Assembly: GCA_023231475.1 (NCBI GenBank)
Contig: JALJEE010001010.1
Span: forward strand, 1 to 56,960
Direction of reading: 5' to 3'
Length of the DNA stretch: 56,960 nucleotides
Source: Seison nebaliae
Lineage: Eukaryota
Shown here piece by piece: positions 1 to 14,526 of this stretch. A program made the position numbers and the translations under genes. The notes below the pieces were generated by a model, which searched no databases, was not told the DNA's origin, and saw only the letters and a list, made by a program, of their open reading frames with translations. Position 1 is the first letter of the stretch, and every line of letters begins with the position of its first letter.

Positions 1-642
1 TACTGGAAGACCATTTATCGGAGGCGGATGAGCGCTCCTATTAAGAGGAGTAGAAATGGGGATCGAGGACTCGTTGGCTCTCGATTTGAGGGCGTCTCGG
101 TATTTAATATTTTTGTGCTCGCGAGAATTCGTGCCCTTTTCACAGATTTGGGAATTATTCGTTTTATCGTCGTTCCCAATGATAATTAGCTAGTTAGCTA
201 TTATGATCTTTAGGGAAATGCGTAACGCAGTGGTTTATGCACGTTCCTTAGTCCACAACGATGGGACACATGTCTCACGCAACGTAGAGATCTCCGACCA
301 CTACCCGACGGGAATTTCAATTAAAAAAGTATTTTATTATTATTTAAAAGTATTTTTTAAGTATTATTTAAAAAAAGTAGATAAGACACATTTATTTTAA
401 AAATTTTATATTAATTTTAAAAGTTTACAATTTTTTAATATTGTACAAGAAATTTCAAAACTTTAAAAATAAAACTTTAATTTCCATATAAGCTAGAATC
501 TTAGTTTTCCATAGACTTAAAAGGCGAATAAGAAATCTTCATATCTGAGACTTCTCATCAATTACTTAGCAACCATCTCTTATTTACATGTTCTATCCAA
601 TATTGGAGTATAGCTATATAGACATTCCATTCCTTCTTGACA

Positions 643-1327
<685 letters not shown>

Positions 1328-2086
1328 ATATATGTCGATAGAAATTTAATATTTCATTTCAATTACTTCTTCAACGTTAATTTATCATGTCCAAATGCTT
1401 AATCTGTTCAAGACAATTCCACCATCTGACCATTCCCTTTATTAGTTTTAAATTAATTTTTATTTTTTCACATTCTTTTCCACCTAATTATTACTGTGAA
1501 TTGTGATCATAAATTATTAGAAAACAAAAAAGTTTTAGTTAATTAAATTTAATGGAAAATATTTAATTTTATGCAAAAAATTAAATTGTTCAAAATGACG
1601 TAAAGTTACAAAGAAGTTAAAGAGAAGTTTAAAAGAGGATTGATGAGAAGCTTTTCATTTGCAAATAGAAATATTTTGGAGAAGAAACTTAATAAAGAGA
1701 AAGACGAATATTCTCGATATTCTGATAATTCCATTAGCATTATTTTTATTTTGTTATTGAATGGTGCCCATGTTGTCTATGGAACATTGAAGGGGGAGTT
1801 CCTCGTTGGTTGATAACATATACATTTTATGTATTTTTCTATGATTTGCTCATATTCCAAGAAACATTCTTTCACTTATACAATTAACAAGAAATAAATC
1901 GTTGTGTAATATAATTAGAGGAGGAAGAATCTCGAGCGGACTTAATCATCGGCAACTAATCGAATGGAATACCATAAAAATTTTGTTTTCGTTTAAAAAT
2001 ATTCCAATAAAAAAAATTTTCGTCCAATTCCAATCTCTCTATAAAAATTCATTTCATCATTTTCTTCAAATCCTTTCCCCATAAAT

Positions 2087-3101
2087 ATGAATAGTCAACA
2101 AATTTCAAGTGGAAGACAAACGACAATTCAACAATTGTCGTACGCCCAATTCCTTCAACGACAACAACAAAGAAATACTCAAATAGACTTTGATGATAAT
2201 TCTACTAATTGTTTCGAATTTGAAATTTCTTTCTATTTTTATTTACTTCTCTCTTTCATTAGCATGGAAGTTCACCATTTTTCTCAATTCCATTTTGCGA
2301 ACATTCCATCGGAAAAAGAAGAGACCGTCATCGAAATATCAGACCACTCATCTACGAAGTAGTCGGGAGAGAAATGAATTATTGTTAATCTGTTCACAAC
2401 ATATGGCAGAAAGACAACAAGTAGCTAGAGATGCGGGCGTTTATGCATATCATGATGCTCATACTCGATATCCTGTTTATCTTCATCCTAAACGAACAAC
2501 ATCGATGACGACAACACAATCTATTTATCGTCCACAACACAAACAAAAATGTGAGACGAGTAGTCAACGAATCTCAAGTGTTGTGACGAATGAGAAACAA
2601 GAAACTGAATCATTGAAATTAATACCAAGACGTGATCTCGATCATGATTCGATAAAGAATTATTATGATACTTTACTTCGACGATTAGAAGTTCGTCAAC
2701 TCAATGAGGAATTACAAGATAATTTGAATGAGCGACAAGGGAATAATTCGGAAGCAGAAAGTCGATCGATTGGAGAACAAACCAAATCAGCAGGTCCATT
2801 TAAAGGATGTTTAACTTTTCGGAAAACAGAAATTCGTCCGATTCCAACTACATATACACTGAAAACTTTGCCATTCGATGAACGACGATTTGAATTAAAG
2901 AAATTGAAGAAATTAAGAAAATTCTCTAATCGTTTCCTTCACGAATTCCATTTCAATACAAAACAATCAAAAAAGAATGACAAACGAAAATGTTTATTGG
3001 AAACAGTCGACGAAAAGAAGTCGACGTCGTTTGCAGTTCGTCAAGACATTGGACGACTTTCAATGAGTGAACCGAATCTTTATTTCGCAATAGAACAGTG
3101 A
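2087..3101 (+). CDS. Hypothetical protein, 2 exons (2087-2210, 2263-3101)
   Basis: A 52-nt phase-1 GTT..TAG intron (2211-2262) joins ORF 2087 to the long ORF 2190-3101 in frame. No recognisable domain. Confidence 0.6.
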
Positions 3102-3233
3102 ACAACATCTTCTCCATCTTTCTCATCAATGTGGAGTTGAAATTAAATATATATTAATTTATCATTACTTCCAGTTTTCTGGTCAAAAAAAAAAGAGAAA
3201 TATTTATAAATATTTATTTTTCGCTTTATTAAA

Positions 3234-4753
3234 TCATTCAACGTTTTCTGTTCTTTTCTCACTCAATTGATATTTCTTTAAAAGATTTTGATTGATCGTT
3301 ATCAATCGTGCTGGTTGAGGCTTCAATTTGAACTGAGATCCTTTTTGTTGAGTATCTGTTATCTGTGACATTTTCTTTTCATTCGACGAAGTGGAAATTG
3401 GTTTGTTATAATTATTCTTTAAGATCGGTTTCGGTTCACTAATACCCAAATGTCTTGACGTTTGTCCATTGGGATTGTGAGAAACATTTGAATTGTCAAC
3501 ATTAGAATATGAAGAAGAGAGTTTGGTTGAATTGAATGAATAATTGGAAGTGGAAGCACCAATTTTGGAAGTTGTGGTTGAAATGGTGTTTGTTTGGATG
3601 GCGGATGTTGTTAGAGCGGTTGAAATAGCTACGTCGAGAAAAAGATGTTTAAATGCGTCTTGTTTACATACGATCGCTCGCATTGTTCTGAGACCTTTGA
3701 CGAATTCATTTAATGTTAAAACTCCATCAGAATTGCGGTCTAATGATGAAAATATTTTGTTGGCACATTCCTCTGGTGTGTCATATTTATAAACTTTAGT
3801 ATATATAATTTTTTTTGTAGTCTTCAATAATTTTTCATTAGAATTCGTCATCATTTTTCTGACGGATGAAGAGAAGGGACTTCGCCTTGTATCATTTTCA
3901 TCGTCTCTCTTCGTCTGATTTATCAGAATCTCTTCATCTGCTTCAATTTCTATCTCTTCTTGTTCTTCCACATCAATACCAAGCATATCATACATTCCCT
4001 AAAAGAGAATGAGATTTATATGATATTTTAAATATAAATTAAATGTAAACACTTAACACTTTCACCAATTCGTCATGTTTCACCGAACCATTTTTATCGA
4101 TATCATAAATGTTGAATGCCCAAGCAATTTTCTCACTTACACTGCCCTTCGTCGTTACGTTGAGTGCAGACATGAATTCAACAAAATCTTTCGAAAGAAA
4201 ATTGATTGAGAATCGTCGGATCAATAATAACCTATTCCTCCTGATTTGTCTATGTCTATCACCTTGAATAGTTGCTCGCAGAACTTCTTAGGACGACCAT
4301 TGGGAAATAGATTTTGATAGATTCTTAGAAATGGCTTCTTCTCCAATCGACCGCAGGGACATTCGCTCTAAAATTCATAAGGAAAAAGAAGGAAATTGAG
4401 TAAATTAAATTTGCTTAGTTAATCGATCTGGAATAAGAAGAAAGAAGAAATATAACTATGAAAATCTTATACCAAGAGTGTAATTCCTGATCTGTGAAAG
4501 CGGTGACCTTTTTGAGATGAGCGAAATCGTTATCAGAAAGCATCGACATATTAGTTGGTTGTGTCGAAGTTGAATGTCTGAATTGATTTGGACTACTTAT
4601 CAGAGAATGATTGTCGGTTCGTTTAATTTCATTATCGATCGAAGAATGCTTCAGAATAGATTGAAGAGGTCGATCGCACTGAGACTCAATTGTATTGTGT
4701 GGCGTGTTGGCTGTTGAACAAAGTTTAATGTTAGAGGAGTTTGTCGATCCCAT
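3234..4753 (-). CDS. Neuronal calcium sensor (recoverin/neurocalcin/NCS family) EF-hand protein with low-complexity extensions, 4 exons
   Basis: N-terminal MGSTNS myristoylation-type motif; FTDQELHSWYKIF, ECPCG; EF loops DIDKSGGIDFVEF, WAFNIYDIDKNGSV and DRNSDGVLTLNEF; DTPEE..KIF. Introns 4368-4456, 4188-4231 and 3999-4050, all with GTT donors. Confidence 0.9.
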
Positions 4754-7700
4754 TGACGGGGAGATTAGGACATTCCGCCAATTATGTTCGTATATGTGTG
4801 ATGTCAAATCACGTGTAAGAAAGTTGAAGGGGAAATCTGAAGATATATGTGAAGTGTGTAGTTAATTAATAGAAAACGATTTCTATTACTAGTCATTTTC
4901 CATTCTCGCGCAACAAGCGCAAAACCTACATTATGTACGCATAAACATTTATAGGATTAGCAAAAGAATTCCGACGAGAATTAGAAATTAATGGATGTTC
5001 GAGAATATTATATGTGGAATTAAACTGAAACTTATCAACCAGAATTTATGGATTAATATACCAAATTCTTATTTCATCATAAAGGTATGTTCATTTTTCG
5101 TTACTTCACGGACTGTATATGTGAAATTAATTTTAGTCGAGAAAATTAATTAAAACTTTCTTCTTTCCAAAAATACCATCAGAATTGATAAAGAAGCAAA
5201 TTCGAATATTAAAATATGTTTTTATACCACTCTAAGTCGATGTCATTCAAATGCGAAAACTTTCTCAACATCCTCTCTTTCATGTCGTCCATCTTAAAAT
5301 AAATATGACGATGATTCAATTCATTAATACTTATATCGTTATATATGTCATCGTTCATATAACCATTTCAGCGATATCATATCGATTTCTACGACAAAAG
5401 TTAAACATTCCTTCCAGCTATCTTCTAATTGAATAATAAAGAAGAAACGGAACAGATTCAACATATTTTATTCAGGAAATTCAAGTAAAAAGAAGATAAT
5501 CGACTATACGAGAAGAATATCCTAAAGAGATTGTTTCGGAGAACATCTCACGACTATTCTCTTGAGGAATAATTGGCGAACAATCAGTTGATCATATCAT
5601 ATTAAATAATTTAAGTAATTTATATTCATTCCTCACTTACATAAGGAAAAAATGTGCGCACAATATATCTTCGTCAAGAACAAATGGCCCTAGTGAATAT
5701 GTGTCAGGAATAAAGGAAGAATTTTTTCTCACTTGTTTCTCATTCGATATATTTAGGTCGACTGTTTTGGTCTTGTGCAATTCGTTTGAGATGATTTGCT
5801 ACAACCAAATGCCTTCCAGCTATTTATCACAATTGGGTACTACCAATGTTTCGACATTCATGCATATTTATCTCTAGTGTAAAGATTTCTTATTCTAATT
5901 ATTTGTAGATAAGTAAATATTTAGTGTCTTCCGCACATCATGAGAGTGAATGTCTTACGATGAAAGGAATGTCTTAAAATATTTCACAAAAACGAAATTA
6001 TCATTTTTGATTTGGTCATCTCATATGCTTCATATTCATCAGACTGTTTCCTTTTTTAATATCTCGGTTGGTGTCATTTTCCTCTTATTCATTAGTTTTA
6101 CGGGTTTCTTTATGTTAAATATCATCCGTTTCTCGAAGTAAATTGTGGATAATAGACTTGGAATATCTATAATTGTCATATCATGATTATAAGATGATGA
6201 TTGAGAAGAGTAGAATTAAATGATAATAATTAAATGTTTCATTAAAATTATTCATTATCAATTTAAACTGATTATGATTTAAACTTTCCGTTCTTGTATA
6301 ATTTCATTCTAATTCACTTGCAGAACATTTGATTATTGGTTCGGTTAACAACACATATATCTCATGGAAAACTTACAACATTGTCAATGGGAAAAGTTTA
6401 ATCTTCAGAATTTTTAATTAAATCAGAACGTCAAGTTGATGCAGCAACTATGCATGATTACATCAATTTCAGATGAAGAGCGGAAATAAATGACAATTTC
6501 TCTCAGAAAAATATGAGAGAGAATATTTTAATTCTAATTAAATGTCATGGACCGATTGATAATGAGCCAAAACTAAGTCAGTATTTTCCTTTCTTCATTA
6601 TTTGTACATGAATATTAAAATTTTTATAGATTTTCATTCACTTTCGGATGGACGTACTTCGCAAAAGTACCAGTTGTATGACATAAAACGATATTATGAG
6701 GAACGAACGATAATATTGAATTGAAGCGAAATGTAAACAAAAAAAATTTGAATATGAGAAGGAAATGAAGATAGAGTGAAGAGGAAGAAGAATATAAGAG
6801 TGTTCCGAACAGAATTTATTTCGTAGACATCTTGTGCAATATCAGATAAATATCCTCATGTTCATCCTCAAATTTATAGAGCATTAGTCTCACATCGTTT
6901 CAAATATGGAACTATACAACGACAACCGAACACAAGTAGATCATATCACATGACGATGATGTTGAGGAGTGTTCAAGCAGGAATTCGGAGAAGATGTACG
7001 ATAATTCCGAAAGGCAACATACGTTGCCCATGCAACCAATCGAAAGAAGGATACCATTCAAAAAAAATTTCCACATCATATAATTGAAGACGACATTCAC
7101 TTATTATCAGAACATTCATTTAACACTCAACCAAAAATAGAAGTATAACAGCGTATTATGGAAGGATTCATTTCTTTTCAGTTTCAATAACAAATTTTTA
7201 TGAAGTTTAAAAAACTGATATTATTAAAGAACAACCTCTTATTGTTAATTTCCTTTACATTATTCCGCTGCGAACGAATAATTTCTTGGACTCCATTCAT
7301 ACAATCCGATAAGATTCTTATATTACTCATTTTCCTTTATTTTATTATGCTAAGAATTTCTTAAGATTTCAACTCTAAAATAATTCACCTCCAATAGACT
7401 TGAGAATGATGAGTAAATTTAATAACAAATAATTTTTCATTAAATAAAATTTTATTATTCATTTCTCTCAGAAAACACAGAAATTCGATTAATTACCTTA
7501 CGGCTTTGTCGGCTGTCTGTTAGGTTTTTTCCCAAATTGTTATCAATTAGTCGATATATGAGTTCAATGGTATGAGGGATCCATCAACTAATCCCTCAAA
7601 TACTAGAATTCAAACAGTCTTATAGTAACAGATGAAGAAAAAAATAGAGTGAAATTATAGTTAATCAATAATATATCCTTTCCTTTCCTCTAGAATAATC

Positions 7701-8620
7701 AACATAAAATGAGGAACGAGTCTGTCGTATATGCAGAGAAAATAATCGGACTATCAATATGGAAAGGATGTGAGCCGTAAAAAATGCCGGATAATGATGA
7801 CATAAAATATTACTAGTAACTTTGCTCATTTATCACTATTTTATATATTATCTCATTGAGAGAAATCAAAAGTAAAATTCTTCGAGCATAATTCCTACGA
7901 CAAGCAATGCTGCAAGGAATGAATTGTGGAGATGTAGGAAGAAAACTGATGATTCGCAATTCCATCATTACCATTGCCTTGCAGTTATCATTATTGGATC
8001 ATAATGCATCGTATCTTTTTTATTGTTAATTTCGACAAATCGTTTCGTAATCGTCATATAAGAAATCGTCGTCTCATATCGTGATCGGACGAAAAAGAAG
8101 CGGATGTTAAGTGAGAAAGATAAATGTACGTTTCATTTTGTCCTTTTACGTCAGTTAGTGATACATTATTATTGTTCCATCAATCGTCATCTAATTTTCT
8201 TTTGTTTGATGGAAACAAAATATTTGTTTTGAAATCATTTAATTTATCACCTCTTCGTGACTAAAGTTTCATTCATCTACTGAATTGAGAACCTGACAAA
8301 TATTTTGGAGATAATCGAATTATGTCATTAAAAATGATTTTAAGGGCTTTCTCTTTTTTTCTTATTTTTTTCCAGTTATTTACGTATTCGACAGTGGATA
8401 AGTAATTGGACAAATTGGGATAAAATATCATGCAAATTATAAGATTTTAAAGTAGAAATAACTTTCATTCTATTCTACCTTCTTAACTCAAAACAAAGTT
8501 CCATTGTGGATTTTTTGTTATTTCGAATATTCGAAGAGAATAACAAAGAGGAATTTTCAGCTCTTACAATGACTAACGATTACAACAGTTTCTTTTAATT
8601 GTTAACTTAATTGAGATTGA

Positions 8621-9601
8621 ATGAGCAATTTATTAGATCGTCGTTTGCGTATTCAATTCGATGAAGATGAGGAAGATAATAACGATGACTATACACATCA
8701 TCCAAGGAGGTCTCTCGGAACGATTCTTGGCCTTATTGTCGAAGCGAAAGAAGACTCGGAGAATTTATTTGAATTTCTTAGAAAAGCCTTAATTCTTATC
8801 TCAAAATCAGGTTAATGCTTGAAAATCGATCAGAATTATCATGGCTTCGTTCTATGGTTTATAGGACTATCGACAGCAGCCATATTGTGCATGTTATGTG
8901 TCCCATTAATTATGATAATGGTGGGAATGCAATGGCTTAACGAATGTCCAAGAGAGACGAAAATTCCGATATATCTTCTCGTTGGTGGATTTGTGGCTTG
9001 TCTTCGATTTCTTCATATTCTTTGGAAAACGTACCAAGCCAGAAGACACGAGAAAAATGAATTATTAGAAATCGACGATCAACCACTACCTACAACGGGA
9101 TCTTGTTTCACTTATATGTTATTAGACGCTTTCATTGCAATCTGGTTCGTCTGTGGCAATTATTGGATATTGAAGATTTGGTGGCCTAATTTTCATGCTC
9201 CATTGAAAGAACCGAGTAATTATTGTTCAAGAACATTATATCTTTTCGCTTTAGCTCAATTGGCATTAGGCCATACCCTTTTGTTGTCTCTACTCGTATT
9301 GATTGGGACATTAACACTCTATGCTCTGGGTTGTACAAACTGTCCATGCATACCAAAATCCAAAGATAAATATCAACGAAATATAACAATTTGTCATTGC
9401 TGCTGTTGTTGTGGATCAGAAATTGATGACACTTCATCAGTGGATTTGGAGAAAAACTATTTCCAGCAATCCTTCAAAAGAACGAACAGTCATTATGTGG
9501 CACAATTGTCAAGTGACGATTGTCTCTCCTTATCGACCATCAGTGGAAACAAAATATATAAACCAAAATTCAAAAAGAAAAATGCATTGTACTCTCTCTA
9601 A
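8621..9601 (+). CDS. TMEM272-like multi-pass membrane protein, 2 exons (intron 8811-8864)
   Basis: Motifs ECPRETKIPIYLLVGG, WFVCGNYW and NYCSRTLYLFA with four hydrophobic segments are typical of the TMEM272 family. A phase-1 GTT..TAG intron removes the stop between ORFs 8621 and 8819. Confidence 0.75.
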
Positions 9602-10773
9602 TATTTCTCTCGGATGATCGGTTTCCAATACCCTTTTTTAAATTTCTTTACAACATTCTCTAAATTCCAAAATATTTATATTATTAATCAATTCTTTTCA
9701 AAATAATTTTGATCATTGTTTCATTTTAATAAAATTTTCCAAGAACTCCTTTCTTTACACTATCTAGTTCGAAATGATCTTTAGTAATAACTATTTGATA
9801 ATTACTCTAAAGTCTTTAGTCGTATTATAGAACGCTAACGTTCTGTCATGAGAATAAAAGAAAACGATAATTTTACAATACTTCTTATAACAAATAAAAT
9901 TCATTATCAATCATTGCCATTATAAAAGAATTGACACGAATAAAGTAAATAATAGAGTACAGTTCAATAATCATTTGACGTAAGAATTATTTTACAATAT
10001 AATATATAGAATAATACTATATAATTAAGTATAGGAATCAGTTAATTTCAAATTAGTAATTTGACCAAAGTCAATTTTGTTGTTATATAATTAATATTAG
10101 CTTATAATAATATAAAAAATAATTCAACAATTATTACCAATACCAAATGATTATTTAAAGGAGAGATTATTTAGACAAAGGAGAAATAGTTGTGAATGTG
10201 GATATTAGAAACAAGATTCTTATCGAAGTTTTTTATCGAAACTAATATTCTGTTCGATATGTTTGTAAGATTCTCTACAATTGTATAAAAGTTTATGTAT
10301 TCCTATTAATAATCGAATTTAAAGAATAATTATCATAATTATCGTTATCATAAGGTATATAATATATACTATTTTTATTCTATAGGTTATACTATACTAT
10401 ACCTTATCATATATGTGGAATTTGAAGCGAATAAATATTTGTTAATGTTTCTATATTGTCATTCTATTACTAGTCATTTTTCTTCATATAATTGAATATT
10501 ATATAATAAAATTGCTTTATATTCGATTGAAAACTTTGTTCCTCACATAATATATGAACCCATACTATTCTATTAGACATTTTCCATCAAAGAAACAATA
10601 ATGAATATAAAATCCGTTCCTAATGGAAACAATTTATCTTTTTGTTCTTTGAGAAACAGCTTAAATTTTAACAATTGCTTTGGAGTGACGACGGTCTCCA
10701 CACATATAAAGAGAACAAAAATTTTAGCTATGCCAAATGAAAACGATAATTAAATTGAGTTCCAGAATTTCCG

Positions 10774-11988
10774 ATGTTTAATCTGAATCGCTACAGAACA
10801 ACGTTGCGTCTTCTCATATTTTTGCTCATTCTATGGATAGTTAAATCTTTTTCCAATTATATGACGTCCAATATTAATTTGAAAGAGACACAATATGACC
10901 AATTAATTTTAACTCCGGAACTAGTTGAGAAAAACGATCCTGAAACAACTAAAACACAACAAATATACATACCAAAAAAGAACCCAATTAAAACATCACG
11001 AATTCAAACGGAACCAGTTAAGTCCATAAATGAACAGCCGATTTATTTATTAAAATGGAAAAATATCAACTATTTCTCTATGCATATCATGAACCATTGT
11101 CCAGCTAAATGTCAAATAACAGAAGATGAAACTACTTTGGCAAAAAGTCATGCCGTTTTAATTTGGGGTTGGAATTTACCAGAAATACAGCTACCATCAC
11201 TCAGACCAGATCAGTTAATGATATTAATGGTCAACGAATCGCCCATTCAGACATATAGACATAATATACATTTCTCACCTCAGAAATACAACAACAAATT
11301 AAATATGACCGTGACATATCGTTTTGATTCGGACCAAAGAATATTCTCTCATTTATTAGAGAAGTTTCCAAAGAAAACGGAAATTAAGAAAAACTATTGG
11401 CGGAGTAAACAAAGAAACTTAACGGCAGTTATTATGGTGAGTAATTGCCGAGCTAAAGATAGAATGAAAATGGTAAGAACGTTACAAGATGCTGGTCTTA
11501 ATGTGGATGTTTATGGGAAATGTGGAAATAAATCTTGTGGGAAGAATAAAGAATGTTTTGAAATATTAAAAAAATATCATTTCTATTTGGCATTTGAAAA
11601 TTCTTTACATTGTCAAGATTATATAACAGAAAAATTTTGGAGGAATGCGATAGAAAATGAACTTGTTCCTATTGTGTATGGAGCAAGAAAGAAAAATTTC
11701 CAGCGACTAAATATTCCTGAATCAGCATTCATTCATATGGATGATTTTTCCAATATGAATCATCTGGTTTCTTTCGTGAAAAAAATAAAAAATAACGAAA
11801 AAATGTATAATAGCTTCCATGAATGGAGAATGGAATATAAACTCACCATCACTTACGCTCGATATTATTGTCAGTTGTGCGAAAAAATTCGGAAAAAGAT
11901 TTATGGAACTGAACTGGAGAGACGTCCAAGTTATTATTCTAATTTCTCCAGCTGGTGGAATTCTTGCGAGAATTTTTATGTTAAGTAA
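10774..11988 (+). CDS. Alpha-1,3/4-fucosyltransferase (GT10), intronless
   Basis: N-terminal type II TM segment, ESP, TYRFDSD, MVSNC, and the GT10 signature YHFYLAFENSLHCQDYITEKFWRNA...VPIVYG...FIHMDDF. Confidence 0.93.
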   Translation: MFNLNRYRTTLRLLIFLLILWIVKSFSNYMTSNINLKETQYDQLILTPELVEKNDPETTKTQQIYIPKKNPIKTSRIQTEPVKSINEQPIYLLKWKNINYFSMHIMNHCPAKCQITEDETTLAKSHAVLIWGWNLPEIQLPSLRPDQLMILMVNESPIQTYRHNIHFSPQKYNNKLNMTVTYRFDSDQRIFSHLLEKFPKKTEIKKNYWRSKQRNLTAVIMVSNCRAKDRMKMVRTLQDAGLNVDVYGKCGNKSCGKNKECFEILKKYHFYLAFENSLHCQDYITEKFWRNAIENELVPIVYGARKKNFQRLNIPESAFIHMDDFSNMNHLVSFVKKIKNNEKMYNSFHEWRMEYKLTITYARYYCQLCEKIRKKIYGTELERRPSYYSNFSSWWNSCENFYVK

Positions 11989-12494
11989 CTATCGCTTTTT
12001 CTTCATATTAATACCGTCCCCTCATTCAATAGAATGAATAATTTTTTACAATTCTTTATATCATTTTCTATCTTTAATTAATTAAAATATGATTTTCATT
12101 TAAATTAACAAATTCTCTAATCTACAAGTTCATTATTCAGATTTTTTCTAATTTATCCCGACTGGAATTTTGATAATAAATAATAATAATTCAATTAATT
12201 TCTGGAAATTTTCATTTCCTTTTAATTTCCACATAATCAATTTATAAATTCTAATTTATCAATAGAAGAATATAATAGAGAATTTCAATAATAAAATAAT
12301 GATAAATAATTTGTGAATAGAATTTTACTTCCGTCGTTATATGGTTTGAAAGTAAATTCGTAATTTGTCTTGTGGAAAGTTTAAATAGAATTCTATCCTT
12401 TTGAATTATAAGTTTACATTTATTGTTTGTGATGACGATTACAAATGAAATTTTAATCTGAAATAATTGACAGAAAAATTTGAACGAGAAGATA

Positions 12495-13070
12495 ATGAAT
12501 TTGGTTCATTTGGTTCTCAGTTTATTCTCTTTCCATTTCGTCGTTAAACAAGTTACCAATTTTATATATTAGGAAATTTTCCATATGTCTTTAGACTAAA
12601 GGTGATGACGAGAAGAAAGTGTCGAAAGATGAATGTCAGAAATTGGGATATAATCCACAAGTGTTATTGTGCAGTTCATGCGAATCTTTAGATAATTTCA
12701 ATTTGAGTGCACTTAAAAAGAATTGTTCACAATGTTGTTTGGACGATCAGGAGAATGAGAAAATTGTCAAAGCAACAAGAGCCGAATTAAAGGTATGTGG
12801 ATGAAAATTGGGACACTTCCCCCAAATCGAAGGTTTTTAATTTTATTTGAATTTTTCTTAAATAATTTAAATCTGTCATAAACAGCTTTCGCGAAAAAAG
12901 AAGATCATTTATCACGCTACTCAGGAATTGTCAGTGTACGATATATTCGTGGAATGATGCCCACACTTGACATGATTGGAAAGCAAGGGGAAGTGTTAGA
13001 GACATTGTCCATTATGAAATGGGATACCGATACAATTCACGATTTTCTTCAAGAACGACTTGTTTTATAA
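12495..13070 (+). CDS. SELENOF: Selenoprotein F (Sep15), 3 exons (12495-12551, 12595-12832, 12886-13070); TGA at 12802-12804 read as Sec
   Basis: Signal peptide; Cys-rich C..LG...LLCSSC...C..CC domain; KVCG(TGA)KLGHFPQIEAF; YIRG..P; KWDTDTIHDFLQERL. Homology continues in frame past the TGA, and a SECIS lies downstream. Confidence 0.95.
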
Positions 13071-13129
13071 ATGTAAGACGATAGAGGACAATGTTGTTTA
13101 TTGAAGAATTGTTGTGAATTATTTCTCTT

Positions 13130-13188
13130 TTTAAAATGACGAAGAATAATAGAAAGCAATATGTTGCTATTATTCATCCGAAATTTAA
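13130..13188 (+). promoter_or_regulatory. SECIS element in the SELENOF 3' UTR
   Basis: ATGAC core (13136-13140); helix GAAGAATAATAG/CTATTATTCATC; unpaired AAA followed by a GCAA/TTGC mini-stem (type II-like); 3' core CGAA (13179-13182); AATAAA at 13191. Confidence 0.9.
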
Positions 13189-13383
13189 TGAATAAAAAAT
13201 ATTTGAAATAAATTTCAAGTGATTAAAAAGTGATTAAAAGTAGAAATAAATGATAGATTTAGTTTTAATGAGTTTTTTGATAATAATAAAAAATATTTCT
13301 TTTGAAAAAAGACAAAGAATGAAATGAAGAGGATTAAAAGTAGGAATAATCATGAAAAGATTGATCAATAAAAAAAAGTGGAA

Positions 13384-14495
13384 TTAACTGATAAGTCGTC
13401 TATATGAATTACTCAATTCAGATGATGTCTCACTAGTTAATGTAGCTGGATAGGAGTCGTGGAGAGTGTTCGAAGAGAGAATTGATGTCCAATGTGGATC
13501 GGTTGATTTCGGATAAAGAATTTCGATATCACTTAAAAATTGATTTTTTATAAATCCCCCACCAATATAAATTGCATCATCGATGGTACAAGCAGAAACG
13601 TTGGCACGACCTTTCTGTAAATCGGGACCATCGATCCATACTCCTTCGATCGGATCATAAATTTCAACACTATTCAACGATCCACTTCCATTACTACCTC
13701 CAATAATGTAAAATTTATCTTCGAAGACAACAGCTGCATGACCATGTCGTGGTTCTTTCATGGACCGAATAAATTTCCATTTCATTGATGATTCATTATC
13801 CATATCTAATTTTTCACATTTCGACATTGCAGAAGAATCTTTTCCTCCGAATACATAAAGTGAATTGTTGTGATAAAGAAGTGAATGACGACATCGTTGT
13901 CGATTCAACATTGGGAGATCCGTCCACAAATTCTCCGCTACATTAAAAGTTTGACATATTCGTAATGTTTCATTACCTCGTCGTCCACCAACTTGATAAA
14001 TGAGATTTGTTCCATTCGATACAGCCGCTGTATCCATAGGAGATGAATAAGATAATTGCTCCCATTTTGATTTAGCAACATCATATCTCTCCATTTTAGA
14101 CCATTCACGATGACCGTCCGTTCCTCCTAATACATAAATGAATGAATTAGTCGCATCTTTGATTAGGACGGCAGATCCGTTAGCTCGTGCACGAGCCATC
14201 GGTTGAATGAGTTGCCATTCATTCTGATTCTTATCATACATCTCTACAGATGAATGATAATGACCTCGATCATGTCCACCTAATACGATTGGTTGTCCAT
14301 TATGTATAATCATCGAATGACCCGAACGACCAACTGTCATATTAGCAATAGAGACATTATAACTATTGATGCCACTGGAGGAGGATGTGGATGAAAGTGA
14401 TTCATTTGATGATGATAAATATGATGGAGTTGAATCGATAATTGATGATCGATCTTGATTCTGAATATGATTATTTTGATTTTGTTTCATTATTA

Positions 14496-14526
<31 letters not shown>

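Noticed and set aside
100..160. Sm-site-like ATTTTTG and U5-loop-like GCCCTTTTCAC
   Set aside because: It does not match the invariant U5 loop GCCTTTTAC, and the order of elements is wrong for a snRNA. I recognised no U1, U2 or U6 gene in the window.
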